The translations under genes were made by a program, and so were the position numbers. From a virus (lineage: Duplodnaviria; Heunggongvirae; Uroviricota; Caudoviricetes), in IMG/VR virus record IMGVR_UViG_3300000976_000008, positions 303,223 to 367,222 of that record: DNA of 64,000 bases, one strand, 5' to 3'. Positions 18,729 through 28,427 of the stretch are shown here, one piece after another (position 1 is the stretch's first letter; the number at the start of each line of letters is the position of its first letter). The notes beneath the pieces were generated by a model. It was not told where the DNA came from. It was given only the letters and a program-made list of their open reading frames with translations, and searched no databases.

Positions 18729-19615
18729 GTCGTAAATCGCATGTGGAACAATGGCGTTCTTTGAGACGAAGAACTGTAGTTGTTAATGGCAAAGACATCC
18801 CTCTCGTTAAGAACTTAGAGATACATGCAGCACACAGTTGTAATCTAAGCTGTCTCTCTTGCTCACATTATAGCGATCAGAATCATAAGGGAATAATATC
18901 CCCTGAAACCGCAGAAGAATGGATGGAACCTTGGACTCACAGGTTGCGGACAGATAAATTGTCCATCCTTGGCGGAGAGCCGCTTATAAATAAAAGGCTT
19001 CCAGAATTTCTGAAGATTTGTAGGGGTCTTTGGCCTGATCCGAAGATAGTTCTGACCACGAACGGCTTCCTAGCTAAGACTTTTGGTGATGAATTACCAC
19101 GGGCTTTAGCGGCAACTGAGACCTTAGTGAATATTTCTATTCATCACAACGGTGAAGAGTATATGGAGAGATTCAACGAGCAAAAACACATCTTCAGGCG
19201 ATGGGAGGACACCTTTGGCATTACCGTGACCTATCGACAATCAGTGAACCCAACGGCAGGGATAAGTGAAGGATGGACGAGGAGATACAAAGGAAAAGGC
19301 ACGAGCTTTAGACCCTTCGAGGATAATAACCCAAGAAAATCTTGGGTCTACTGTGCCGCCAAAGGATGCATGCAAGTCTTTGAGGGGGAATTATGGAAGT
19401 GCCCAGCAATTGCTTATTTGAGGATGCAATGTGAGAAATATGGCGTCAGTGAGCATTGGGAACCATATCTGAAGTATAAAGGACTCGATATCAATTGTAG
19501 CGATGAAAAGCTGATAGAATGGTTGCGAAAAGAAGAAGAACCAATCTGCAAAATGTGCCCAGCAAAGCCAGCACCGCTACAATTGCCAAATCCTCTCAAA
19601 AGCGATCCTTCTTAA
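18725..19615 (+). CDS. radical SAM protein with C-terminal Cys-rich (twitch/SPASM-like) region
   Basis: CNLSCLSC (CxxxCxxC), ILGGEPL, TTNG; later C...C...WKCP...CKMCP. Confidence 0.9.
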   Translation: MSRKSHVEQWRSLRRRTVVVNGKDIPLVKNLEIHAAHSCNLSCLSCSHYSDQNHKGIISPETAEEWMEPWTHRLRTDKLSILGGEPLINKRLPEFLKICRGLWPDPKIVLTTNGFLAKTFGDELPRALAATETLVNISIHHNGEEYMERFNEQKHIFRRWEDTFGITVTYRQSVNPTAGISEGWTRRYKGKGTSFRPFEDNNPRKSWVYCAAKGCMQVFEGELWKCPAIAYLRMQCEKYGVSEHWEPYLKYKGLDINCSDEKLIEWLRKEEEPICKMCPAKPAPLQLPNPLKSDPS

Positions 19616-20165
19616 TTTCGAATTCTTTTCTGCAATCAATATTCAAGAATTCAGATAGCCTCTTGGTAGAATTGTTGGCGAAAATGTTGATTGCCAGCAA
19701 TTTATTAGTGCCGCGAAAATAGCGATACACATCGTTCAAATGAGCTAGATGTCTCTCTTTTATTTCTTCTTTGCTCGTCCTGTTGCCATAAAGCATATGG
19801 TGCATTGTTTCATCGAAAGTATGTCTCTCAGCAGTATGTCCAAAAGCATTATTGTATACTCGATCCAAATGCCTTACAGCGGATTCAGACCATTCATCAA
19901 GCTGTCTCAAACTCAGGATGAATTTGCTACCTGGGTATAATACATCCAGATCTTTAAAATGCGGAACAGTAACTATATCAGCTATTCCATCACAACTCGA
20001 CAATGTCTTCCAATGCCGAGTATGGGTCAGAAGATCATCAAAGATGTAAGGGTCTCTTGGAGGATGAGGATAATGGATTATCTTATATCCACATTCTGAT
20101 ATACATGAAGCGATAGTTCTGGTACCGGTCCTATGAAACCCTATGACAAATATTTTCCCAACCAT
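19596..20165 (-). CDS. sulfotransferase family protein
   Basis: KIFVIGFHRTGTRTI, YPGSKFILSLR...W..S, L..FL; inverted relative to the rest of the cluster. Confidence 0.85.
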   Translation of the reverse strand: MVGKIFVIGFHRTGTRTIASCISECGYKIIHYPHPPRDPYIFDDLLTHTRHWKTLSSCDGIADIVTVPHFKDLDVLYPGSKFILSLRQLDEWSESAVRHLDRVYNNAFGHTAERHTFDETMHHMLYGNRTSKEEIKERHLAHLNDVYRYFRGTNKLLAINIFANNSTKRLSEFLNIDCRKEFEIKKDRF

Positions 20166-20852
20166 TGTGTCATCTTGTTTGATGATGGAAACATGAGAAA
20201 AGAAACTGAAACCTGTGTTAAATCAATACGGCAATTATGTGATTGTGCCATATTTCTATATTCAGATTACCAATTAGATGGAACAATTCATCAGAATATA
20301 GATTTCGAACGTTGGAAAAATAGGAGAATGACATATCGAGTAGAAGCTGCCGCAAAGCTCGAACTGAAAGAAAAATCAAAAGTCTTAGTCTGCGATGTGG
20401 ATACAATATTCAAGAAGAATCCATTCCACGTCTTCAAAGAAAACGATAATCTTGTGTATACTACAAGATATTATCGCTGCAGATACCCGGTAAATGCAGG
20501 AGTGTGGGGATTCGTCAAAAACAAGCAATCAGATGAAGCAAATTATTTCATAGTCAACGAATTGAACAATCCACAATGGGAAGAATTCAAAGAATTCACA
20601 GCTTCAATAGTTGATCGGAAACAAAGAGAAGACGCTGATTGGTATCTCCATCAAGATATTCTCTGTACAATACATGAATCAACAAGGCCACCAACAAAAG
20701 CCAAATTCAGAGATATCGGTTACAAGTACAATTTCTGCCCCCAAACAGGCCCAGGTAGTCCAGGTGATACACTAGATTCTTTCCTACAAAGAGTCTACGA
20801 GTCAGATCCAGCAATAATTCACTTCAAAGAATTTTCAGATGCTAGATTATAA
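20133..20852 (+). CDS. GT-A glycosyltransferase (nucleotide-diphospho-sugar transferase type)
   Basis: VCDVD, VNAGVW, QD.L, YN, IIHFK. Likely start is the ATG at 20193. Confidence 0.75.
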   Translation: MKPYDKYFPNHCVILFDDGNMRKETETCVKSIRQLCDCAIFLYSDYQLDGTIHQNIDFERWKNRRMTYRVEAAAKLELKEKSKVLVCDVDTIFKKNPFHVFKENDNLVYTTRYYRCRYPVNAGVWGFVKNKQSDEANYFIVNELNNPQWEEFKEFTASIVDRKQREDADWYLHQDILCTIHESTRPPTKAKFRDIGYKYNFCPQTGPGSPGDTLDSFLQRVYESDPAIIHFKEFSDARL

Positions 20853-22299
20853 AGAAAATCCATTGTGCAGATGGGTAATCGGACCAACACACAGTCGCGG
20901 ATTAGACATGTTGAGGTTATCAATCCAGCAAATGCACAAGTTATATCCACAATTCGATCTAGAAGTCTGCTTCAATCAAATACCAGGGCATATCATATGG
21001 GATAAAGTAGGAGATCTCCCAGTAACTTTCCACAAGCAAAAAGGAGATGAATTAGGAATCCAACCAACCCATAATAACGTGAAAAAAGGAGTCAATTGGA
21101 AACTCTATCCAGCACGTAGGAGGATACACACTCATGAGATAATCATGGATAACGACCTCATACTATTCAACAAAGTGCTAGAGATAGACAAGTTCCTGGA
21201 TTCAAATCGATCCATAATCCTACAAGCCTACAATAGAAATTACGGTCAATTCGATGATCACGTCAGACCAGATCTATCTGTGAACACTGGTATGTATGGG
21301 ATGCCGCCAAAATACAACTTTGGCAGTAAAATCAACGAACTACTTAAAAACAGGACTTGGCAAGATAGAGGAGATGAACAAGGCATCGTAGCAACATGTC
21401 TTCAAGATCTTGATCCTATAGTGGTCTCCTATAATGTGATAGCACCAATGGACAATTACGCTAAGTTCAGATACGCAAAAGGAGTACACTTTATACACGG
21501 AAATGCGGCAGAATTCCACAAAGCATGGAAGCAGCATCAAAGTCTAGGTATATTCGTCGTAGCCGATCCCGGAAGAGAAAAGCACATTGAAATACAATCA
21601 AAACATCTCGACCATGTCGCACCGGGAGTAAAAAGGTATCTCATTTGCGACAGCAAAAGCATGTCACACCCGAAATACGAAACACACGTGCTGAAAAGAC
21701 GTCAGCAGATATTCTCCTTCCAAGACGCAATCACTGCTGGATTTGATATGGTCGACAGACCAATAATTGTATATATGGATTGTGATAGATTGCCAGAAAC
21801 AGAATTCTTTATAAGAGCCAGACACATCGAAGACAAGCAATTATTTGCATGCAAAAGATTGTATGATATACCTAATGAAAGAGCGACTCAAAAACAATGG
21901 GAACCAGATTTTAGAATCAACGATGTCAGTCTCTCATTCACCAAGAATAAAAAGAACGTAATGTCAGGATGTGTCGCCATCAAAAAAGAAAGTTTCAAAT
22001 CTTTGAAATTAGACAGGTCATTTGTTGGATGCGGATTCGCTGATTACGATATAGCAATGACAGCACAGAAAGCAGGATTCAAAACCACATTAACAGATCT
22101 ATCAGAACTACATCTGGAACACGCAATAGGCTATCCAGACAAGTTATTCAAACTCTTAAACGCATGGGGTGGAATCAGATTCTGTAACAAATGGGGTATC
22201 GAAATAGGTCAAAATCTAAAGAGACTAAGTGCCGAAACTGGCTTCTCAATATCTCAATTATCTGATTACAACCTAGATTACTTGATTGACCAACCGTGA
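20839..22299 (+). CDS. two-domain GT-A glycosyltransferase
   Basis: Domain 1: WKLYP...IMDNDL, NTGMYG, DEQG, HF. Domain 2: YMDCD, D..FVGCGFADYD, HLEH (GT2/GT7-like). Confidence 0.75.
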   Translation: MLDYKENPLCRWVIGPTHSRGLDMLRLSIQQMHKLYPQFDLEVCFNQIPGHIIWDKVGDLPVTFHKQKGDELGIQPTHNNVKKGVNWKLYPARRRIHTHEIIMDNDLILFNKVLEIDKFLDSNRSIILQAYNRNYGQFDDHVRPDLSVNTGMYGMPPKYNFGSKINELLKNRTWQDRGDEQGIVATCLQDLDPIVVSYNVIAPMDNYAKFRYAKGVHFIHGNAAEFHKAWKQHQSLGIFVVADPGREKHIEIQSKHLDHVAPGVKRYLICDSKSMSHPKYETHVLKRRQQIFSFQDAITAGFDMVDRPIIVYMDCDRLPETEFFIRARHIEDKQLFACKRLYDIPNERATQKQWEPDFRINDVSLSFTKNKKNVMSGCVAIKKESFKSLKLDRSFVGCGFADYDIAMTAQKAGFKTTLTDLSELHLEHAIGYPDKLFKLLNAWGGIRFCNKWGIEIGQNLKRLSAETGFSISQLSDYNLDYLIDQP

Positions 22300-23165
22300 A
22301 AATCGGAATAGTTTCATATGTGCACGGATGGTATGTTGATTATCTTCCTACTTTCATATATTCTGTGAAGAAGGCGTACCCACATTACACTATAAAAATC
22401 TTCTTGAGAGAACAACTACCGGATGGCCTGAGAGAAAAATGTAACGATGCCATCATTGTAGAAGATTACTTCAAAAACAGAGCGAAGCAAGAAGAACCAG
22501 GAAAGGTTCCCTACTATCTAAGATTTTTAATTCCATATGAACAATTAGAAGAATTCGATAGGGTATTCATTTGCGATATCGATCTACTAATGGTGAAAGA
22601 AGATCCCTCTCTTGATAAGCAACTTGATTCTATAATGCGGCAAACTGGGTTACCGTTTGCAAATTATCTCAGAAACAAAAAAGAGAGTTGGCCAGAAAGG
22701 TTCACTGGCTGGCATTATATTGATGTAAAAAGGTATTTTCACAAGACGAAACAAGCAATAAAATCAATAGATCCATCTTTCGATATAACACAGATACCTC
22801 ATTACTCCTATTATGATGGATTTGGCAACAAAAGGTACGGTCAAGAAGCTCTTCTCCACAAGATAATCATGGATTCATTTGATTTTGATCCAGAATCCGT
22901 AAGACAATCTATCCTCAATTTCCCTACCCATCACGGTCTACATCTTGGACCATTAAGAGGCCGCATCCACGAAAAATTTTACAGTGGAGATCCAGTAGCA
23001 ATTCAGCATTTTGGTTTGAATGCTAAATATTGGACACCCAAAAGTGTACTCGAAATTGCAAAAGATGAACAGTTGATCTCAATAATTGAGTCACTCCCCG
23101 ATGGGAATGCAAAAACTGTTCTAGTTAGGTTCATCAGTTATTTCAATGCTGACTTCAGACGGTGA
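22296..23165 (+). CDS. putative GT-A glycosyltransferase
   Basis: LRFL...VFICDID DxD; QEALL; HGLHLG; GTGA overlap. Confidence 0.65.
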   Translation: MKIGIVSYVHGWYVDYLPTFIYSVKKAYPHYTIKIFLREQLPDGLREKCNDAIIVEDYFKNRAKQEEPGKVPYYLRFLIPYEQLEEFDRVFICDIDLLMVKEDPSLDKQLDSIMRQTGLPFANYLRNKKESWPERFTGWHYIDVKRYFHKTKQAIKSIDPSFDITQIPHYSYYDGFGNKRYGQEALLHKIIMDSFDFDPESVRQSILNFPTHHGLHLGPLRGRIHEKFYSGDPVAIQHFGLNAKYWTPKSVLEIAKDEQLISIIESLPDGNAKTVLVRFISYFNADFRR

Positions 23166-23907
23166 GGTTTTTCACAGTTTTTATGCTGGAAAGTTGCAAA
23201 AACTTCACTTTACGAGCATGAGATCTTATGTTGCGTTTGGACATGGCTTCAAATTTTGGACTTATGATCAGATTAAAGCACCATGTGGGATCGAAGTATG
23301 TGATGCTTCAGAAATAGTGCCAGTTGAACTATATGAACTCTGGATGGGTTTGAGCCATAGGAGAAAATTCCAAAATTTCTCAAATTACTTCAGATATCTT
23401 CTCATCGCCAAAAAAGGAGGATGGTGGGTAGATGTCGATTCAGTGTGTATCAAGAAGCATTGCTTCGAAGAAGATTATGTATTCAGCACTATTGACGCAC
23501 CAATTTGGCCGGAACTAAAAGGCATAGTAAAGAATGGAAATATTCCAAATGGAGTCTTCAAAGCACCAAAAAACGCACCATTCTTATTAGAACTAGTCGA
23601 TTCACTCGAACCAGATTTCTTGACCGGCACAAGCAACGATTTTGGCCAATGGGGTGCGATAGCTTTTTCAAAAAGCATCTACGGGAATAATGTCCAACAA
23701 TATCAAGAGAAAGGTGGCAGCACTTTTATACCTTTCTCACCGAGAGAATCCGTAAAAATGTTCATTCCAAATCAAGAATTACCGGATGCTCATGCTGTCC
23801 ACTTCTTTGAATCCTTTTATCCAAAAATCATTTCCGGAGAAGAGGAAGCAGGCGAGAACTCAATCTACAGCCAACTTATCAAGAAGTTCTGTCCAAAGAT
23901 AACATAA
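23146..23907 (+). CDS. GT32-like glycosyltransferase (DxD sugar-binding type)
   Basis: DASEIVP, FSNYFRYLLIAKKGGWWVDVDSVC, AVH. Confidence 0.85.
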   Translation: MLTSDGEVFHSFYAGKLQKLHFTSMRSYVAFGHGFKFWTYDQIKAPCGIEVCDASEIVPVELYELWMGLSHRRKFQNFSNYFRYLLIAKKGGWWVDVDSVCIKKHCFEEDYVFSTIDAPIWPELKGIVKNGNIPNGVFKAPKNAPFLLELVDSLEPDFLTGTSNDFGQWGAIAFSKSIYGNNVQQYQEKGGSTFIPFSPRESVKMFIPNQELPDAHAVHFFESFYPKIISGEEEAGENSIYSQLIKKFCPKIT

Positions 23908-25021
23908 CATAATCAGTAGACACATCGATAGTGCTACTTTTATAATCTGGCATCATATCTCTAAAGCACTTCTCCCACCATTGGTGACCATGGACAGTAC
24001 AATGAGCATTTTCGCCATTAGGCAAGATAGCTTTAGCTTTTCTGGTAGAGATACCTAAAAGTAATCGGTTTGATAAAAGTCTGAACCATTCGCTGACTAG
24101 TGGAAGTTCTTCTTCTGGAACATGTTCAAGAACATCAAAACTAACCAATGCATCAAATGGTCCATTGGGTATCTTATCTCCAAACGCAGGATCATAATTT
24201 GTTACCCCTGCTATTAATCCTTTCCCGCATCCAAAGTTAAGGATCGTATCCGAACTCCATCTATCTAGAACCTGTTGAAATTTGGGATGAACGATGGCAC
24301 GAGAACCGTATCCTTTTCTATCATAATGTAATTCTGAATACAACCCCGCATATTTTGGCAAAATCGTAGTTGGCATCAATATGCTGGATACTATAGACAA
24401 TAAATCTATCTTGCTAGATTTTTTAAGTGCTTTAGATATTGGTACTATTGGAATATTCTTCGTTTTTACAGCTCTTTCGAAGATTTCGTAGAAGATAAGC
24501 CAGACGAGTGGATCAGTTCTGATTGATTTAGCCATCCTTCTATAATGGTTGGTAATCGTGTCCGGTCTTTTTGGATGAACTGTAAATGTGGTTGGCCAAA
24601 GCTTCCTGAATTTGTATTCTTTAGATTTAGTGTACGCGGATTGACCTATTTGCCATCCTCTTATTATTGCTACTGCTATAGCTGCTTCCTTGTTGCTGTT
24701 GTCAGCAAAAGTGTCTAAAATGGAAATAAGCACTCTTTCAGATAATTGATACTTGAAGTACCAAAAGTCCGCCCGCAATTTTTCAACAAAGAGATCATAG
24801 TAATCGAAGTCTCTCCTTATGAGACAAATTGTCGAATACAATGCTTCGATTTTGCATTTAGATGAAGTTGCTTTTATAACGTCTTCATTCGAGACATGCC
24901 TAATGATGTGTCTACCATCTACTAGGACTGGTGTAGACATGTGCTCATTTGGACATTTTCCGTGTAATTCACAAAATTGTAGCTGTTGAGGCGAAGCTTT
25001 TGTGTCGGAAAATAATAGCAC
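23879..25021 (-). CDS. fusion of an uncharacterised helical N-terminal domain and a SAM methyltransferase
   Basis: C-terminal half: ILNFGCGKG, YDPA, FDALVSFDVLEHVPE, LPNGENAHCTV...WW. Confidence 0.8.
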   Translation of the reverse strand: MLLFSDTKASPQQLQFCELHGKCPNEHMSTPVLVDGRHIIRHVSNEDVIKATSSKCKIEALYSTICLIRRDFDYYDLFVEKLRADFWYFKYQLSERVLISILDTFADNSNKEAAIAVAIIRGWQIGQSAYTKSKEYKFRKLWPTTFTVHPKRPDTITNHYRRMAKSIRTDPLVWLIFYEIFERAVKTKNIPIVPISKALKKSSKIDLLSIVSSILMPTTILPKYAGLYSELHYDRKGYGSRAIVHPKFQQVLDRWSSDTILNFGCGKGLIAGVTNYDPAFGDKIPNGPFDALVSFDVLEHVPEEELPLVSEWFRLLSNRLLLGISTRKAKAILPNGENAHCTVHGHQWWEKCFRDMMPDYKSSTIDVSTDYVMLSLDRTS

Positions 25022-25023
25022 TG

Positions 25024-25791
25024 TTATCTCTTATGGGCTACGATCACATCATAATTTGTGATGGCAATTGGTGATCTGTTCCATGATCCAAATTTGATAG
25101 GTTCACTGATCATGAATCTATTGTTTATCAGCAACTTCCTTATCTTTTGTTCAGAGAATGCAATATTGTAGAGGGGTTTGTCCCTGTAGTCATACCATTC
25201 AATGTCATCTCGATGCTCAAAAAAGAATGGTGGTGTCTCTCTACCTATCGGTTCCTTAGCGACTACAAGTGTGAAAAATATCCTACCTCCTCTCGGGAGA
25301 ATCCTAGCAAACTCTTCGATATATCTTTGGAACCATCTAAAATGTAGATGGTTAAAAACACCCACAGCATATATTGCGGTGAATTTGTTGAAAGAGAATG
25401 GCAGAACAACTTCATCTGGAGACACTTTCCCATTAGGATTCCAATCGGGATGAAAAATGTCTATATGTGAAAAATTACCACCAATATTATGACAATAATC
25501 GATGAATTTAGTGTTTACATCGAATCCGCTAAAATTCTTGCCAATATATTTCGCAAACGGTGTCGAAACACGACCAGTCCCGCAACCAACTTCAAGCACT
25601 CTATCAGATTTGTTTATTTGAAGTAAGTCGCGGATTTTCTGGAACAAAACAAGTCCCGTCTCTGAATAATAACCATTATGTGGGTTCAAACCACCTAAAG
25701 GAGTACCATCATCAACGAAATCATATCCTATTCTTCGAGACATAGCCTCTTTGAACGGATCTATTTGCGTCTGGTTCTGATCGTTTTCCAT
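25024..25791 (-). CDS. class I SAM-dependent methyltransferase
   Basis: VLEVGCGTGR, GFDV, LPF, VFNHL, EFARILPRGG. Confidence 0.88.
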   Translation of the reverse strand: MENDQNQTQIDPFKEAMSRRIGYDFVDDGTPLGGLNPHNGYYSETGLVLFQKIRDLLQINKSDRVLEVGCGTGRVSTPFAKYIGKNFSGFDVNTKFIDYCHNIGGNFSHIDIFHPDWNPNGKVSPDEVVLPFSFNKFTAIYAVGVFNHLHFRWFQRYIEEFARILPRGGRIFFTLVVAKEPIGRETPPFFFEHRDDIEWYDYRDKPLYNIAFSEQKIRKLLINNRFMISEPIKFGSWNRSPIAITNYDVIVAHKR

Positions 25792-26159
25792 TCTCCTTGA
25801 ACCAATTCTTTCAACAGGACTGAACCAGAATGTGAACTAGTTTCCTGGTCGAATCGAAGGCTCATATCAGCAAATTTGCCCTCGATAATTTTCTGACCAG
25901 TGACGAAAACAGCACAATGGCGTTCGTTCTCATCTCTAATACTTGGGTCCAAGACAATGCTGCTGAGGCTATTCTTGACCACTTCTGATTCGACTTTACG
26001 CATAGCCGCAAGAAAATCATCTCTCTGAGCTTCATCTTCGAACGATAGTAACACAGTTTTCATATTCTTCTTCCGCAGGTTTCTATGACGTGCTATGAAT
26101 TCATAATCGGCTTTGCCGAGAGCGATTCTTGCTAAAAATAATCGGAATCTTCTAAGCAC
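25761..26159 (-). CDS. hypothetical protein
   Basis: 132-aa ORF; start uncertain (MKTVLL possible). Confidence 0.55.
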   Translation of the reverse strand: MLRRFRLFLARIALGKADYEFIARHRNLRKKNMKTVLLSFEDEAQRDDFLAAMRKVESEVVKNSLSSIVLDPSIRDENERHCAVFVTGQKIIEGKFADMSLRFDQETSSHSGSVLLKELVQGEWKTIRTRRK

Positions 26160-26224
26160 AATTTTCTCAAGCCAAATGATAGAGTATGTACTATAGAGAA
26201 ATTCAACCCAACTAGGAACTAATC

Positions 26225-26611
26225 ATGCGATCCCAAAAAATCGACAAGAATAAGAAACCAGCCGAAATTCCAAAACGAGAACTAGAGCCATTGCCACATG
26301 TGGATTTACCACCGGGAAGCGTTCTCAGGACCGTACACTTCGTTGAAGTTGGTGATATGCCACCAGGCAACGTCCAGTTTATGATGCGAGAACTAAATAA
26401 TACTTATAATCCTGCAGAACAAGGGGTTCATTTTATGATACCCGTTAGGCACGGTAAAATCGGGACTGATATTGTCTTCGAAGAAGAATTTATCAACGTC
26501 GTTGAAAGAGTTTGCGAAGTAGTTAATTCTGAAGGCGAGCCGATTGAGGATGCTAAGATCCAACTAACAGGCGGAGCCAAAGATGTCACAGTCGTCAGGA
26601 CAGTAGTATGA
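26225..26611 (+). CDS. hypothetical protein
   Basis: 128 aa, AGGA RBS. Confidence 0.7.
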   Translation: MRSQKIDKNKKPAEIPKRELEPLPHVDLPPGSVLRTVHFVEVGDMPPGNVQFMMRELNNTYNPAEQGVHFMIPVRHGKIGTDIVFEEEFINVVERVCEVVNSEGEPIEDAKIQLTGGAKDVTVVRTVV

Positions 26612-26922
26612 CCAGAAATATCGATATTGAAAATGGCATCGAAAAAGCCGCTGCAGCTCTTGAAGGTAGAAAGAATGCCGAAGCATCTACCAAATGGAGA
26701 GAACTAAAGCATAAACTCGATTCAATTCTCCTAACAACTAACGTTATGAAAACTAACGATATAAGGGAGAATTGTGCTAGTCTCGACGATATGAATATTG
26801 ATGAAAGATCCGCACATATCTCAGGATTGTGGGGTCCCATCTATCTTCAGAAATGCCAGCCGATCTTGTTTCAACTACGAACCCTAGAGCAACACATAGC
26901 AAAGCAGGAGCAAGATGAGTAG
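26608..26922 (+). CDS. hypothetical protein
   Basis: 104 aa, ATGA overlap. Confidence 0.65.
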   Translation: MTRNIDIENGIEKAAAALEGRKNAEASTKWRELKHKLDSILLTTNVMKTNDIRENCASLDDMNIDERSAHISGLWGPIYLQKCQPILFQLRTLEQHIAKQEQDE

Positions 26923-27064
26923 ATCAATAAAAGTCGATGAAGAAATCTCTAAAAAGATCAAGAAAGTCGCCGAATCCGGCAAAGCCGTATGGTTGCAACT
27001 TGATACTGGTGAGAAATTCTTAATAGTTAAGGTTGGCAGTTTGAAAGAACTGGCTGATACTTAG
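26915..27064 (+). CDS. small hypothetical protein (49 aa)
   Basis: Manual translation MSRSIKVDEEISKKIKKVAESGKAVWLQLDTGEKFLIVKVGSLKELADT*; AGGAG upstream; overlaps the previous stop. Confidence 0.5.
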   Translation: MSRSIKVDEEISKKIKKVAESGKAVWLQLDTGEKFLIVKVGSLKELADT

Positions 27065-27995
27065 AACAATTAGCTAGGGCAATAGTTCTCATTACCACAC
27101 ATTGAGTTTGAGTAATTTGATAATTCTTCGCGACATTATCAAATTCTTGATCTAAGGTCGTTGAGCATTGAACTGGATCATCAGTTCCTAGTGTGACCTT
27201 GTTACCATTATTTAGCATAGTAACAACAGGATGATTATTGGCTTCTTCCCACACGCCAGTAAAATAATTACTACTGACGCCTAGATCAAACGTGATATCT
27301 TTATCACGAGCCATATCTAAATACTCTTGATGATAAGCCATTTTCAGACCATGTGCTATATTGGTCACATTGAGATCTATCATAGCTAGTAAGCCGTTTT
27401 GAGCACCTTGCGATTCAGCAACGTGTGCTCTAGTCATTTTCCCGGCTTTGTTCCATTTTTCGAAAATGGGCTTGTAGAATCTAGAATCGAAGTATGCTTC
27501 ATTTCCGACTAAGTCGATCCCTACCAGACAATCTGCTGTTGCAGGGTCTTCAATAAGGTCGGCGTATTGTCTCTGGCTGGCTTTTGGTGCCTCATATTTT
27601 AGAGATAACACTAAACCGACACCGCCTTTGAAGTGTCTTTCGAATGAATCTCGGATGAATTTGATTGCTTCAGTTTTATGCCAAGACAATGCATCCATAT
27701 ATTTATTGATTGAGAAATCTAACCAGCAGTAACCGACGCCCTCGGATTTTAAACCGTCACATACTGCTCTTACTGAAGTATCGATTAATTCTTCAGTCCA
27801 AGGAATATGATCAAGAATCCGGAATTTATCTAGAAAATTGTGGAATGTTCGAGGCTCATGCTTTTTAAAGGTCATCGCCGCAGAAACTTCTTCTTCTGTT
27901 TCAGCGAGGTGTTTTAGCCCTAATTCCTTAATAGTATCCCATACCCAATATACAGGAATTGAACCGCCTAGGTGGCGGTGTGTATCAATTTTCAT
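27027..27995 (-). CDS. add: adenosine/AMP deaminase family protein
   Basis: HRHLGG, GIDLVGNE, AHVAE, IAHG, SSN and GTDDP; the metal ligands and catalytic Glu appear intact. Confidence 0.9.
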   Translation of the reverse strand: MKIDTHRHLGGSIPVYWVWDTIKELGLKHLAETEEEVSAAMTFKKHEPRTFHNFLDKFRILDHIPWTEELIDTSVRAVCDGLKSEGVGYCWLDFSINKYMDALSWHKTEAIKFIRDSFERHFKGGVGLVLSLKYEAPKASQRQYADLIEDPATADCLVGIDLVGNEAYFDSRFYKPIFEKWNKAGKMTRAHVAESQGAQNGLLAMIDLNVTNIAHGLKMAYHQEYLDMARDKDITFDLGVSSNYFTGVWEEANNHPVVTMLNNGNKVTLGTDDPVQCSTTLDQEFDNVAKNYQITQTQCVVMRTIALANCSKYQPVLSNCQP

Positions 27996-28000
27996 TCTAT

Positions 28001-28378
28001 CTATTTTTCTGTAGCTGAGAAGTCGTAGAACTCGTCAATCGTCGAGAGTGATACTCCTTTTTTGATCCCGTCACATAAGGAATACAATGGAGAGCCTTCA
28101 CTTGGCATATCACAGATATCGAGGACGATATCTACTGTGACCTCATCTATTGATTTATTAAGTTCGTAGCCTTTTTCATTTGATGCGAGAAGGTTAGCTT
28201 TCACCATCCGTGGTAAGATTTTTTGGATATAACTCTTAGAGGGTTCAATTCTGCCACCAGCGACGACTAATTTATAGATTTGGACCGAATCACACTTTTC
28301 ATCTTCTTCGGTATCATTGTTGTGGAGAGCACGGAGCACTTCGAGAGTGTATTCCATGCCTTTCATCTCTTTCAACAT
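28001..28378 (-). CDS. Rrf2-family winged-helix regulator
   Basis: EY.L.VL..L...SKSYIQKILPRMVKANLLAS...GYEL.K...EVTV..V. Confidence 0.8.
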   Translation of the reverse strand: MLKEMKGMEYTLEVLRALHNNDTEEDEKCDSVQIYKLVVAGGRIEPSKSYIQKILPRMVKANLLASNEKGYELNKSIDEVTVDIVLDICDMPSEGSPLYSLCDGIKKGVSLSTIDEFYDFSATEK

Positions 28379-28395
28379 CTCTTCATTTCCTTATG

Positions 28396-28427
28396 CGAAA
28401 AGCCGGACCTTAAGATCCGGCTTTTCG
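28396..28427. terminator. Rho-independent terminator (potentially bidirectional)
   Basis: CGAAAAGCCGGA-N8-TCCGGCTTTTCG. Confidence 0.8.

Noticed and set aside
27027-27995. Complete RADAR or type III CRISPR deaminase defence system
   Set aside because: No RdrA-like ATPase, CARF domain or cas genes nearby; the protein is a stand-alone 322-aa deaminase.
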